A stretch of 63,803 bases of DNA, the filler included, from Reticulomyxa filosa (taxonomy: Eukaryota; Protista; Foraminifera), in the NCBI GenBank assembly GCA_000512085.1. It is 12 parts of 12 records of this genome, joined end to end, with 100 filler letters (N's around TTAATTAATTAA, not from the genome) between each part and the next. Parts side by side here need not be neighbours in the genome. Positions count along the whole stretch, not along the records: positions 23,961 to 26,478 come from ASPP01013626.1; positions 26,579 to 37,519 come from ASPP01036923.1; positions 37,620 to 41,072 come from ASPP01000228.1; 9 more parts are not named here. One strand, written 5' to 3'. Each line of letters begins with the position of its first letter. The stretch's first letter is position 1. Of the stretch, positions 24,927 through 37,745 are shown piece by piece. The position numbers and the translations under genes were made by a program. Below the pieces are notes generated by a model. The model did not search any database and was not told the DNA's origin. It saw only the letters and a program-made list of their open reading frames with translations.

Positions 24927-25235
24927 ATGGAAAAAAACGCACCATTAACAAAGGAAGAAAAATTAATAAAAGATCTACAAGAGTTCCAATCCCAATCTCC
25001 TGAGTATATACCTCCGCGGTTACGAATTAAAGATCCTCTAGCAAAAGAGGAGCAGCAATGTTCGATGTTCAGTACGACGTCCAACCAGTACGGAAAGGCA
25101 AAGCCTTGCGTTGCCACACAAACAAGACAAAGATTTCCGAAAGTGTGTAAATTCAGTAAATCGTTTGCTGGTGGAATGCCTAGAAACTACAGCCTTAATA
25201 CTTCTCTATCAACACATTACAACTGTACCAAGTAG
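24927..25235 (+). CDS. PIERCE1/2-like (C9orf116/C15orf65, FAP182) ciliary microtubule inner protein
   Basis: FSTTSNQYG..P.....RFPK..KFSKSFAGGMPRNYSLNTSL matches the family signature (YRTSNxxYG...FS...GGM.RN..LN). Confidence 0.75.
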   Translation: MEKNAPLTKEEKLIKDLQEFQSQSPEYIPPRLRIKDPLAKEEQQCSMFSTTSNQYGKAKPCVATQTRQRFPKVCKFSKSFAGGMPRNYSLNTSLSTHYNCTK

Positions 25236-25651
25236 CAATACCTTTTTTTTTTTTTATTCGCAAAAGTTTTTGGTGATTCTTTTGTACTTTACACATCGAG
25301 AATAACCTTTGTAATGTTTTAAAGAGACTGTTTAATTAAATTGTTCTTGACATGTTTTTTTTATAAAAAAGGTTGGGTCTCTCTTCCTTTCCTTTCTTTG
25401 CATAACGTCCATCAATGAAGAAAGTTGATAAGTAAAAAACTACACAGACATTTTTTCTGCTATTTACAAATATTCACGAAGTGGACAAATAATAAAATAA
25501 TAAAAACGCGTCAGCATCAAAAATAAAAGAAAGAAGCCGATGCAACTTAATAGTTGAATATTGATAATGTTCCATACACAGCGGGGTCAAGCCAAACACA
25601 AAACAGATGGTAATAATAAAATAATGATAGTAAAATAAGCCGAAACAAAAA

Positions 25652-26383
25652 TTAATGCATTTTCATTTCTTCAGACATTTTGATTTGATCGAATAGTTGT
25701 AGGATTACTTTTTCGTCAAAGTCACCTCCAGTGAGTGTCAAAGTTTTTGCAGAGGCAGCAGCCAGTCCCCATTTCAAGCCAATCACTACATCAGGCGTGT
25801 CGTCATTGAACTTGAGTTTTTCTCTAACCTCTTTTCCGTCTGTATTTCTCATTTGACTCAAAATGCCTATTCAATTACATTTGCAAATGAACATTTAAAA
25901 AAAAAAAAAAAAAAAAATTATGTACGTATATAGAATATACATATATACGCCTTGAAAGACGATCGATAAAAATAAAAATGAAGGAGTATTAAAACTGCTC
26001 AAGACCGAAGTACATGTATCACCACAGCCAATTGGATTGACCACTTTGATCTTGGGCAATACAAAATACCAATACCGTTTGTTCTTGAGATCAAAGCACC
26101 ACGCAGGTTTGCCGCCATCGGTCATGATCAAATATTGTAAATACTGACTAAATCTTTCGGAAAAGATGTTGCCAATGGAAATGACATGTTCATTACGTTT
26201 CAAAGTGTCACTATCGTCGAGAGGAGGAATTTCCGCAATGAAGCTCCCTTCAAACACATTGATTTTCAAAATGTCGATCATCGGATGTTTTTCATTGGAC
26301 AGCAGATTCGTTATGTTTTTGTAAGCATCAGCAATTACCACCAAAGGCAAGTTTTTTGTAATCGCTGTTTTTCTAGCCATCGG
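25652..26383 (-). CDS. PfkB/ribokinase-family carbohydrate kinase, 3' portion
   Basis: LKIN..E, IMTDGGK, VVNPIGCGDT (PfkB signature 2) and GLAAASAK; intron at about 25990-25868; 5' end lost at the contig edge. Confidence 0.8.
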
Positions 26384-26446
26384 TACAGTTTAAACGTATA
26401 CACATACATAAACATTACACATAAATATATATGTATATACATATAA

Positions 26447-26478
<32 letters not shown>

Positions 26479-26578
26479 NNNNNNNNNNNNNNNNNNNNNN
26501 NNNNNNNNNNNNNNNNNNNNNNTTAATTAATTAANNNNNNNNNNNNNNNNNNNNNNNNNNNNNNNNNNNNNNNNNNNN
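26479..26578. other. Artificial contig spacer
   Basis: N-run + TTAATTAATTAA + N-run. Confidence 0.98.
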
Positions 26579-27109
26579 AAAATCGAATAATATAAGCAAA
26601 TATTTCTCTTAAAAAAAAATACTCTTCTTGAAAAGCAAAAGAAATAAGTTTACAATGCGTCTCTTTAAATATTATCTTGTATATTCTCAAATGAGAATTT
26701 AGATGTCTAATCAATTTATTTTTAATAACTGCAGTGCAAAAGAGACAGAAAAGTCTTTGAAAACTTGACTGATATATGTTACAAAAAAAAAATTGACACA
26801 ATATCTTTCCCAGAACTCAAATCCGTTTTTACTTTTGTTTTGTTATTAAATTAATCAAGAGATTACAAAATTTCATTTTTTTTCTACAATAACATTAAGT
26901 TACTTTAATTAGCTTGTTTTTTTTTTAAATCTCTTTGGAAATATTGTTGGAAAAAAAATAGAAAAAATAATAAAAAAAAAAACAGTCAATAAATGCAATT
27001 GAAAGTAAAATATATCAATTTTATAATTTTTTTTTTAATTGAACAAATAGACATTTTTTGAACTTATTATAGCAAAAATCGAAGTTTTCGTTCCATTATT
27101 TTGTTTGAT

Positions 27110-27812
27110 ATAGGGGTGGCCCCCTTCAAGTAATGGTCAAAATGGTGAAGTGAGTAAATTTTTAGATTTTCTCTCATAGAACAAAGGATATTAATCAATT
27201 GGTAGTTCATTATCGCGACTACGAAGGAAGCTTTTTAAGTTATATTTTCGGCACGTATCTGACTGTGGTGAACTTTGGACAATTTTGTGAGCGCATTGAA
27301 GAAAAGACAGTATACAATACAAGAAAAACCGAAGAGAGAACTGAAATAGTTCTCAACGGACCGCCAATTGTGTCTTCCAGCGAAAGCCAAAAAATCACAA
27401 CAAGTAAGATTGACTTGTCGAAGCAAAGTTTGTTATTAACAAACAGCCATGGAAGGCAAGACGACGCAGAAGAGCCGAAGAGTAAATTGTGAAGCTCCAA
27501 ACAAGTGATTGCATTGATACGTGTGGCATTTCGAGGAGCCAACCAGTTGCTTGAGCAACAAGCTGCAAGCCTATAAAAAAAGATACTAATGGAATGAAGG
27601 TGAAGATCACATGTTGTTTATGGTCGATATTCAACTCAAGTCAACAAAAAGTGAATGCTTGGCATAACCAAGTCGTTGTTCCCAATAGCGAATTTGCACA
27701 AATGTCGGCGAGGATTTTGGTATCGAGTTGCAATATATTTCCATCAATTTGAAAGGTGGACTCGCATTATCAAAAAATCAAAGATCTAATGATAGAGAAG
27801 TTTGATTTCTAA
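27110..27812 (+). pseudogene. Degenerate coding-like segment, family not recognised
   Basis: Higher GC and ORF 27199-27492, continuing through frames broken by stops. Confidence 0.3.
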
Positions 27813-28324
27813 GTTTTTTTTCTTCTTTATCTTTTTTTTTTGGACACGTGCAAACGAAAACGTTTTTATTGTACGTATATCCAAAATTTTTTTTTTAATA
27901 GAAATTCTTGATTACAGACCTCTTCCCGGTGTCACTAATGGGGAAGAATTTAGCATTTTTCCATCAATCCCATCAGATTGTCATTATTTGGTTTTTTAAA
28001 TCGGATTTATTGCCATGTTTTTTTTAATGAAAATTTTAGGCAGAGAATCATTACTGTGAAAATGTTTGCGCTTTGAAAAAGTGCCACTTATGATTTATTG
28101 ACTTAACAATTAACTTCCTTCAAATTCAAAACAAAATGAAACAGAAGCATCAACACTGGCAAAAAAATCCCGAAACCATGCTCAAACAAAAAATACAACA
28201 ATAACAAAAAAAAAAGATCAAAACCACAAAAGAAAGCAAAAATTATTTTTATTGCGCAAATGTGATCACCTAAATTATTTATTTTTTTCTTCTGCTCTGA
28301 ATGGTGTGTTGCACTCGTTTCATC

Positions 28325-30769
28325 TCAAACAACACGACTTTGAGCTAAGTCATCGTTATCAAGCCAATTTTCTTTCTCTAACCAAAAAAAAGAAATAAGA
28401 TTGTTGAAAGGCGTGTCTGCAATTGTTGACAAACACAAGTGGACCAATAGTCAATTTCTTTTGGAATAGCTTATTTTTGACGTTTTTTGCGAACTTTTCT
28501 TCCAAGTTTTTTCATCATTTTTTCAGTTTCGTGTTCCACACGACTGATCGAAGTGACAGCAAGATGCGAAGGGCAATCCATTGCATTGACATTGAAATGA
28601 TGGATACCCAGCCTCGTCAATTGGTTTAATTTTTCTTTTTGTTTCTGTTTTTGAAGTTGGAGGAAAGTGGATTTGTCTGACTTGCTCGTAGGAACAAGGA
28701 ATTGGCGTGCGATTTGGGCAATGACATCGACTGACACTTGCCGGCAAGACTCCACACTAAATTCTTTTAACATACACTGATTTTCATTACTAACAACACG
28801 CCATTCGAGAATACTCTCGATATCCTCATCTTCCAAGGTATTTATTGCACGCATATCTAATGACTCTACTGTATTATTTCGTAGCGATCGACAAATCATA
28901 TTTTCTTCCTTCATCAGCAATTCACGGTTCAACGACCTTTTCAAATATGCCACATTAATTGTACGGTAAATGTATACACGTACATATATGTTGACATAAG
29001 TTTAATATATTGTACACACATACATACCTGCAACCGTTGAGTTGAATAATTTTTAAAGTGTGGCAAATCATTGCAACACGCTCTAATCGCATGCAATTTG
29101 CAGCGTTCAAATGTGTCAATTGATTTGATTCAGTTAACAGTTCCTTTGTTTTTTGTATTGTTATACTTTGTCTCAGCAAAAATGTTGCGATTAGCATTAT
29201 TAATTTCATTGCGTTCAACAACAATAGAATTTTTTTTCGTTTTCTTGGCTCTGCTCTTTTTCTTTTTCTCTCTCCGTTTGTGCCTTACCCCTCAACACAA
29301 AACTTGTAAGTTTTTGCAGCTGGAAACATTCAAATGTGTCAAGTGGGGTAATTGCAGCTTGATATGCGTCAACTGAGGGCAATTCGACAGATTCAATCGA
29401 AGCTTTGAGCTTTTCAAAAGGTGGCAAAAAAAGAAGCAACATGTTAGAGAGAATAAAGTCAAACAAGTAAAAAAAAAAACAAACCAACCTTGGAGGATCA
29501 GTGTAAGCTAACTCGAAACGAGTCAAATTGACACTGCAAGCTAAATCCAAACATTCTAAGCTACTTCCATTTTGGAACGAGACATCGTATTGAAAAGAGC
29601 CTTTCTTCCACCAAATTTCGCGCAAGCTTTTCCAGCGATTTTTCATTAAATGTCGAATGGCAAATTCTTCAAAAAAAAAAAAGGTTTTACAGTGTCAGTA
29701 TACGTGCTATAAAAAAAAGAACATATGTAAAAAAAAAAAAAACCGAACTGGTAATTCCCTTTAATCCGTTTAAAGCGATGACCTGAATATGATTGGAAAT
29801 GTGTTCACTCAAATACTCCAAGCCATAATCAGTGACACGGGTATAGCTAATGTCCAAGTGCTTCAAATTGGGAAAAACGAGTTCGTTGATATATTCAGCG
29901 GCGTTGTCATCAAAGGCGCTGCAATGAGACAAGTTGAGCGTGGTAATATTGCGCTTGTGACTAAGCCATGGGAACATAAACCAACTTCGAAAATAGCACC
30001 TGGGTAAAGAGAGCGAATGCAAGTTGGGGAACGAGTTGATAAACAGTATGAGTTTTTCTTCGTTTGCACTAGCGTACGCGTGGTAGTAATAGCTGCAATT
30101 GTAACTCGTAATTCGCGACAATATCTGCTTGCATCGAGAGCGACATTCGCGACTAGCTCTAATCATTTTGCCCAGCGACATCAAGTCCAGCCACTCCAAT
30201 GTCAACATAATCAAGTCTCCTGGCATCACTTGCAAATACGGCGATCTTTTGTCATTGTCGTCGTCATAACTCAGCTGCGACGCACTTGCATGTTCCTGCT
30301 TTGCTTCGCCATCGCTGGCCCAAGTCGATGTCGGTAGTGTGGTGGTCGATAGAGATACACTCTCGATTAGAACGTCGATAGGTATTTCCTCATTTTCGAT
30401 CACGTCTCTGCAAAAGATGGCCGGCGATGCCACGTGATATTGCACCCGCAAAAAATAATCGGCTGTTTGTCGCACGTTGTTTTTGTTCAGTCGATATTGC
30501 TCGAGCAATAAACTTCGACTGACATTTGGAAACATCTCTTGCAGGACGTCGGGCACACTCTCGTACAACTCTTCTTGCAGCCTTTTACGACCAAATTGAG
30601 ACCAAAAATCTTTCGGCGATGCTGACACTTTTTCGCTTGCTTTCTTCTTTTTTTCTTCCTTCTCTTCTCTTCCTAACGCACTAGTGCGTCCTTCCACTCC
30701 GTGCCCTTTTCTTTCTAATGAGCTTGGTGCTGCCGGAGTTGGAGTACGAGAATACACTTCTACAGACAT
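28325..30769 (-). CDS. CUE domain + F-box + leucine-rich repeat protein (multi-exon; 3' end approximate)
   Basis: CUE: VLQEMFPNVSRSLLLEQYRLNKNNVRQTADYFL. F-box: LQVMPGDLIMLTLEWLDLMSLGKMIRASRECR. Cys-containing LRRs: FPNLHSLSLPRC, ITTLNLSHC, FPNLKHLDISYTRVTDYGL, LTHLNAANC. Confidence 0.78.
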
Positions 30770-30950
30770 CTTCTCTTTTCTTTTTTCAGAAATGTAACAC
30801 AAATAATAAGCAAAAAATACTCAACACTTTTTTGGTCCTTTTTTTAACTTATTTTTTGTTGACGTTCCAATTTTTCTTTCATAATCAAATTCTTTTTTTT
30901 TGTTCAGTTTTCTGTTTTCAAAACACCATACAATTGCAGTATTAATAACA

Positions 30951-32362
30951 ATGTCCCTCTTGCCGGCGAGAATAGAAACAGAAGAAAACAAAAAACAACA
31001 AAATGCAATCAATAGGTATTGTGTTTTTGCATGATCTTTTTATTGCTGCAGTTTATCAGTAAATTTACTTTGTTTTGAAGACGTCGTATGATGGAAGAAG
31101 CACGCAAACAACGCATTTTCAACGACAAAGTAAGAACGATTGGGATTGATATTCAAGCCATCCGAAAACAAGTGGAGGAAAAGCAGGCCAGAGAAAAAGC
31201 CGAGAAAGATGAAATGAAGAAATATGGTGAGTTTACAATACTTTGACTAAGAAATACAAAAGAGTTAAGATATTCCAAATACATTATCATAATAACAAGG
31301 TGCACAATTTCAAAGTTTCATGGATCACACGATGGCATTACAACAAGAGAGAGAAAAAGAAAAAAAAATTAAAACATATGACCTTATGTCCCAACAAGTC
31401 AACAAAAAACACGAGAATAAGACATGGAAAATCCATACTCCTGTGCTCAATGAAGACCTATCTTTTTCATGCCCTAGCGATCAGTCTGAGATTCCGATTT
31501 CGTCATTGCAACGATTTAGTGGCGAAGATATAACGAAAAACGAGCGCATTAAGACCCAACAGCAACAAATCCAGGAATGGAACGGGCAATTGGCAGAAGA
31601 AAAAAAAATTAAACAGATGGCAGAAAAAGAGAACATTATGTATCAATTTTTATGTAAATAAAAAAATTGATAAAACTAAAATTAAAAAACAAGCTTCCGG
31701 ACAGCATTACTTTTTTTTTACTTTTAAGCAGGAATAGGGATGACTTTGGTATTGTTTTGTTTCAAAGCTACTTCTAAACTGACTAAATAAACAAAAGGAA
31801 TTATGTCCTGGAACGAAATGAATTAATAAGGCGTGCAGAAGAACTCGAAGAACAAAAACAAATGCTTGAGCTAAACAAACGATATCAAGTTTCACAAGAG
31901 CAACGTTCACAGCAACAGCGAAATAGCCAAAAAAAGGAAACCGATGACTCAAAGCCGTGCAACGAAGATCAAAAACGCTTGTCGCCTCACCTTTGGTCAA
32001 CCAAAAAAAACAAAACTACTTTTGATGTAGAAAATGAGCTGGCAATTGAAAATGAGAGGAAAAAACTACTTTTGAAATTTCGGCAAGGCATTGAGGAGCA
32101 ACGCCAAGAGAAAATGTTAAACCTTGAAAGGCAAAAGCAGAATGAGCGCAATGAATATAACAAACAACAAGAAATAACTCGTAACTTTTTACTCAATCAA
32201 TATGAATTAGATCGCATAAAAATGCAAAAAAACAGAGAAATTGCAGAAAACCAAAAACAACAAATTTTGGAAAATGTACAAAAGTGTAAAATATTTAAGG
32301 AAATGTATGAAAACGTTGTAAAACCTGAATATTTTTCTCAATTTCAAACATCGTCTAGATGA
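30951..32362 (+). CDS. RIB43A-domain ciliary protofilament ribbon protein (RIBC1/2-like), multi-exon
   Basis: Exon 30951-31015 joined to 31081 gives AINRRRMMEEARKQRIFNDKVRTIGIDIQAIRKQVEEK; also SSLQRFSGED and the C-terminus PEYFSQFQTSSR, all RIB43A hallmarks. Confidence 0.85.
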
Positions 32363-32664
32363 AAACTTAAAATAAATTTTCTAAGGCCTGTTGTTGCTCT
32401 TTACCCCTAATTTTTCAAAATTACAGTAAAATTTATTTACAATTCAACACTTCAGATTCCATTAATTTTTTATTTAATAAAAAATACAAAGTCTGCGGGT
32501 TTACAGCAAAGAACGTTTATTTTCAGAAGACGAACTTTCAGAAAATCCCTTTGAGATCAGTGTCGAAAGAAAAATATCGGAACCAAAGGATATGTCACAC
32601 TTTGGTGAAAAAAACATTTTTGATCAATTCAAGCAGGTCGAAAGGTTGAACGAGTGCTAAAAAA

Positions 32665-34596
32665 ATGTTCAAAAAATCAAAAACAACAAAAAAACAGACC
32701 TGGAAGAGTAATGAAGAAAAAATAACGGAAAATGCGTACAACATCGAGACGATGAAAAGCGAAATACGTAATTTGCATGATAGTGTGCAAACAATGCAAA
32801 CGCTGCTAAACGAACATAGACAAATGTGCAGTGAAATGTTGAAAAGGCTATCAAACATTGAAAATGAAATGTCTCGCCAATATTTAGTTATTTTGTATTT
32901 TTAAAACATGTTATGACATCAAGCTACTTTGAAGCGCCATTTTCAACGTGTTGGTATACATAACAGGAACGGGAACAAAACTTTTTGCAAGCGAACTATG
33001 CGCCAAGACAAGGGCATGTGTAGTGTATGTGCGTTCGTTTATGCGAATGCGCTTATATGTTTCATAAAACATGCGAGCCAAACCTGCAAATGAAATTCAC
33101 ACAACACAACTCAAACACGTAACAAAAAAAGAAATGGACAAAGGGACCCTATATCAGAGGGGAAACAAAATGATTCGGCGTTAAATAGAAGAGACATAGT
33201 TATTGCAGACAGTCTGTTGGCACATGCCTCACCGCCACAAGATATTGACACAAGGCCAAAGCGGAGACTTGAGCAAGATATTCATGTGGACGAACAACGC
33301 TTTGAGTTGTCACCATGTCTGGAAAAAGAAATGGATCAAAATTCATCAATGCCACTATTGGAACAATCGACAATTGTTGGTTATTTTTTTTGGTTCCTTT
33401 CTTGTTTTTATTTTTTTTTTTTTTGCGGTTGAATAAAGACAAAAATAAAAATGGTGCTTATATAGAATCCAACGTATCATGTTGTTGTGCCCGAAACTAT
33501 TGAAGTTATTGTTTTTTGATTGTAGTGTCGTGTTTGATTTTTGGTTGGCTTGAAAATTTCAACCAATCAAAAAAACGGATGCTAAGAACATTGTTGGAAC
33601 ACTACGATAACAATAAAAGACCGGTAGTGAAACGCTGCCCACAAATTGGAGCGATGAAGATAAGGACAAAGACAAAGTAAGTAAACAGTGGAGCGATGAC
33701 ATTTATGAGCAAATGAAATGTATGTCAAAACGAGCTGAAGAATTAATGCAACAACAACCAATAAGTGATTTAGAAGGGGCAATCTCATATTTTGACGATT
33801 GTCAAAGTTTACTAAAAAATATTGCATTAAACGATATTCCTCCTCTTTTCAAAAGAAAAGTTGCCATTATTTTATGTAATCGAAGCATATGCTTAGGGAA
33901 ATTGCAACGTTTGGATGAAGCAGAAAGACAATGCCGGCAAGTGATTGAAATGGACCCCACATGGCAAAAAGGCTACTTTACTTTGGCATCCTTACTTCAG
34001 TTGCAATCCAGCGACCCTGAAAAACTTAAGCAAGCTTTGGGATATTTTCAAAAAGCCCTGCAATTTTCCTTGACTCAGCCTGAAAAGGACAAAACTCAAC
34101 AGCGAATTAACCGATTGCGTGAACGAATAGAAGAACATGTGCAGACAACACCACCATCTTCTAAGAAAAGACGGCTCTATCAAGGCAGTGCGGTTGACGA
34201 AACTGCACGTAGTTTGCGCGGCCAATTAATGCAAAAAACGAATCAAGAGCTGTCTAAAATGCTCGAGATCAATCGTCAAAAAAAAACTGGTGGGTCTTTC
34301 TTGCTTCGTATCATCTTTTATTTATTTTGGTAGTAATGAAATGAGATCGAAACAACTTTGTGTGTCTGACAATGGAAAACGAAGGAGAAAAAGAAGAACT
34401 AGCGGAACGTTGCATAGATGGCATGATTAATGGTGTACTACCAAAGTGTCCAAACTGTCGATATTCTCCGTTAAAGTTTGATGAAGAAACTAAATATTTC
34501 GTGTGTGACGGTTATTATGATAAAAATCTTAAAACTCATATCAAGTGTAAGTTTCAGTCTCGTGATGTTGTGAGAATCCCTTGGATCAGCGATTGA
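32665..34596 (+). CDS. Coiled-coil + TPR + C-terminal PADR1 (PARP1 Zn3-like) zinc-binding domain protein, multi-exon
   Basis: TPR: ILCNRSICLGKLQRLDEAERQCRQVIEMDPTWQKGY. PADR1: ELSKMLEINRQKKTG|EKEELAERCIDGMINGVLPKCPNC..YFVCDGYY..KC..VVRIPW. Linkage of the 5' exons is less certain. Confidence 0.7.
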
Positions 34597-34742
34597 TTTT
34601 TCTTAGCTGTTGTTTACATTTTTTCATGTTTTTTAAAAAGCACGAAATGACAAGTTGGTTTTGCGATGAAACAAAGAGTACTTGATAACCAAAAAAGCTA
34701 CACAATTTCTATTACACAACAAAAAAAGAGAAAAAAAATTTT

Positions 34743-37519
34743 TTAAAACTCAAAGGTTGTATTGTTGGTTGTTTGCGTTGTTCTACGCATCTTATCCATT
34801 TGTTGTTCATATAATTTGGCCTTATTCTTCTTGTCATCTGTATTTGGCGTAGATGACGTAGCTGAGGTGGCAGACGTAGTTGACGCAATTGACGCAGTAG
34901 ATGTATTGGCCTCGTGTTCTTTTTTTCCTTTGTCTTTTGCATTAATATTACTTTGGCTGGTATTACTTTCAAGTGCTTTTCTTGGAGATTTGGCTTGTGG
35001 ACTTTTTGGCTTTTTCTTTTCGCTAGAGGCCAACGACAAGGCTGTATACTGTTGTCCATGAATGTTCTTGGAATGAAAGGCAGGGGCAGTATTAATATTT
35101 TGAAAAGCCAATTTCAGTCGAGTTTCCTTACGTACATGTTTTCCTCCACCTTTGGAAGATTTTTTGGTGTGCTTTTCTTGTTCTTTAGTTTTGTTCCATT
35201 CGGATCGACGAGCACCTCCTCTTGGAGTGGTAGCTTGTTGGCTTGGGTCTTCCTTGTCTTTGGCAGGATTGTCTTGACTTGGATCTTCCTTGTCTTTGGC
35301 GGGATTGTCTTGGCTGTCGTGGTGAAACTTCACTGCGTGTTTGATTCCTTTTTTTTTTGTGGACGATACTCCTCCAATTGCAAATTCGTGATGTTGATTT
35401 AAAAATATTGTAGTATTTTCATTAATTTGTACATCGTGTGCGCTTCCTTGACTACTAAGAGGTGCGCTTTTGTGTGAGTCTTGAGGATGCAGACCCACTT
35501 TTTCATTGTCCATCATTTCATCAGCCATTATATCAGCCAAATCGGTTAGTGATCCGTCATCTCTGTCCGTGCTATGTTTTCGGAACGTAAGCGCTCTCTC
35601 TGCTCCGTCCTCCACATCGGATTTGACATCTTCTGGTTCAAGAGTATTGTTATTGCCTTGTTGAAGGTTATTTTTTTTTTCTCCTTTTTTCTCATGATCA
35701 TCAGCTCCTCCATCTCCTTCGTCATCTTCATCATCGCTGTACAACACGTCCGGCATTTGTTGCATAAGCATAGTTTGTTTTTTGACATGGGCGGTCATAT
35801 CTCCTTGTAATTTCAATTTTAATTGCAGTTCGGCCTTAACCCTCGATTCATCTTTGACAATACCCTTTTGTTCCAAAGTAGTTTTGCTGGCTCTTCGAAC
35901 AATTTGTTTGCTTAATTTCTGTGCATTTGCTTCTTGGCGCTTCTTTCGCTCCTCGTCTTTTTTTTGTGTTTCTCGTAAGGTGTTGTACTTGACACGTCTT
36001 TTTTAAAATCATTTAATAAATCTTGGAGTAATTGCAGCAACTCTCGGATATTTTGCATATCGGGAAAAGCAAATGCTCGACCCACTGCCTTTGCATAACT
36101 GTACAAATCAGCCAAAGTTTTTTTCAGTTGCAAGACCTGTTCGGAGGCATATTTATGGAATTCTTCCACCTTGGATACAATAGTATCATTTTTCGGCAAT
36201 TTTTTTTTCTTAAATTCTTTGATCATATCCGGCAATGAGTTAATATTTGTGACAATTTCTTCAATTTGTTTTTCCAAAGTGTCGGTATCCATCTTTGCGG
36301 CCTCCGTGATGCATTCTAGCTCTTTGTTCAATCCCAACACCTTTGGATGTTTTTCCATGGCATATTTACAAACGTACATCAGCAGGGAATACTTGTTGTC
36401 TTGCGACTTCACACCACTTAACATACGTAATGTTTGGAGTTGGAATCCGTAAGCCTGTCCATTTTTGTTTTCACCATTCAAATGATTGCCAAATGCCAGC
36501 ACCACTTTGAGAAACTCTTTCAGCGCCTCGGAGCGTTCAATGGCTTCCACGGCAGTTCGTAGCATTTGAATGCGTTCATATTTTTCGTGGACAGTGGCCG
36601 GGAACTGTTTGCGCATGATCCAAAAGTGTATGCGTTCACTTAATCCTGGAATTTCACTCAGATCATAGAAAAACTTTTCGACTACGCCAAACTTGTCAAT
36701 ATCTTTGCTGTACTGCTTTCCTTTTTCAATGGCTTCTTGTTGCTCTGCATTATCTGGCACCAATCCCTCCCACTTCAATAGCATTTCCAAACTCACCTTG
36801 TTATCGTCCATCGCGATGATTTCGGCGCCCAAGTCAGCACCGGATATCTTCAGTCGTTTCAATGCGATTTCCACGTTATATTGACGTTTGCTTGCAACCC
36901 ACACAATTTTGGCGTCGGCTTCGTTGCTTTTCGAGTCTTCATCATTGCCCTTGCCATTTTTTTTGGCACCCAATCCCAAGATTTGCTTAATCTTTGGTTC
37001 TGGCATGCTGAACATTTCCTCAAACTCCTGTACGTTGAATTGCACGCTCGTTTCGTCCAGGTTTTTCCATATCGTCTCCGTCACGTCCTTTTCCTGTACT
37101 TTTTGCCAATGAAATACTTTCATCGCTTTTGTTGGCTTCACTTTTTGCTTGGGCTTTAATCCATATTTGCCCAGCATTTGGTTTTCTTTCTCCTTTTCTC
37201 TTTCTTTTACAAGCTCACTGGCACCCATCGCTAACGACATCCCGCCCCCGCCACTGCTTGCTGCATTCGCTGCGTTTGCTATTATCAAATATATCAACAA
37301 CAATTATAAAGTATGTTTGAAATCAGCACACATTATGTGTATGTGTGTTGCAAACAAAACGATTTTTCCATATTTCAATGTCCGCAGCAGATAGTCCATC
37401 CATTTTCATTCGATTTTCAATTGAGGCTGCGGGCATGCCGATGGCCTTCATTTTGTCATATTTTATAAATTTTGTGCGATCCACGGGGGCACTTGCTGTT
37501 GCGTTGCCATTGCCACTGG
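34743..37519 (-). CDS. Formin (FH2 domain) with long disordered C-terminal tail; 5' truncated
   Basis: MKVFHWQKV..TIW, FEEMFS, RQYNVEIAL, VLAFGNHLNG..GQAYGFQL..L..VKS..SLL. Frame change in poly-A near 35960. Confidence 0.9.
35238..35315 (-). repeat. 36-bp tandem duplication (SQDNPAKDKEDP x2) in the formin tail
   Basis: Two near-identical 36-mers differing only at synonymous positions. Confidence 0.9.
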
Positions 37520-37619
37520 NNNNNNNNNNNNNNNNNNNNNNNNNNNNNNNNNNNNNNNNNNNNTTAATTAATTAANNNNNNNNNNNNNNNNNNNNNNNNN
37601 NNNNNNNNNNNNNNNNNNN
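37520..37619. other. Artificial contig spacer
   Basis: N-run + TTAATTAATTAA + N-run. Confidence 0.98.
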
Positions 37620-37649
37620 CTAGAAAAAACTTATCATAAAATCAATTTC

Positions 37650-37745
37650 ATATTTAAAAACTAAAAGATTAGTAGATATTTTTAAAAAATTAGGTTTAAA
37701 TCTTTATTTTTCATTGAGAAAATTGATTCTCTTCATATAATGTCA
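37650..37745 (+). repeat. Dispersed non-coding repeat, similar to about 50270-50365
   Basis: Shared core GATT(A/T)GTAGATATTTTTAAAAAATTAGG..TTTTTCAT..AGAAAAT on two different contigs. Confidence 0.6.
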
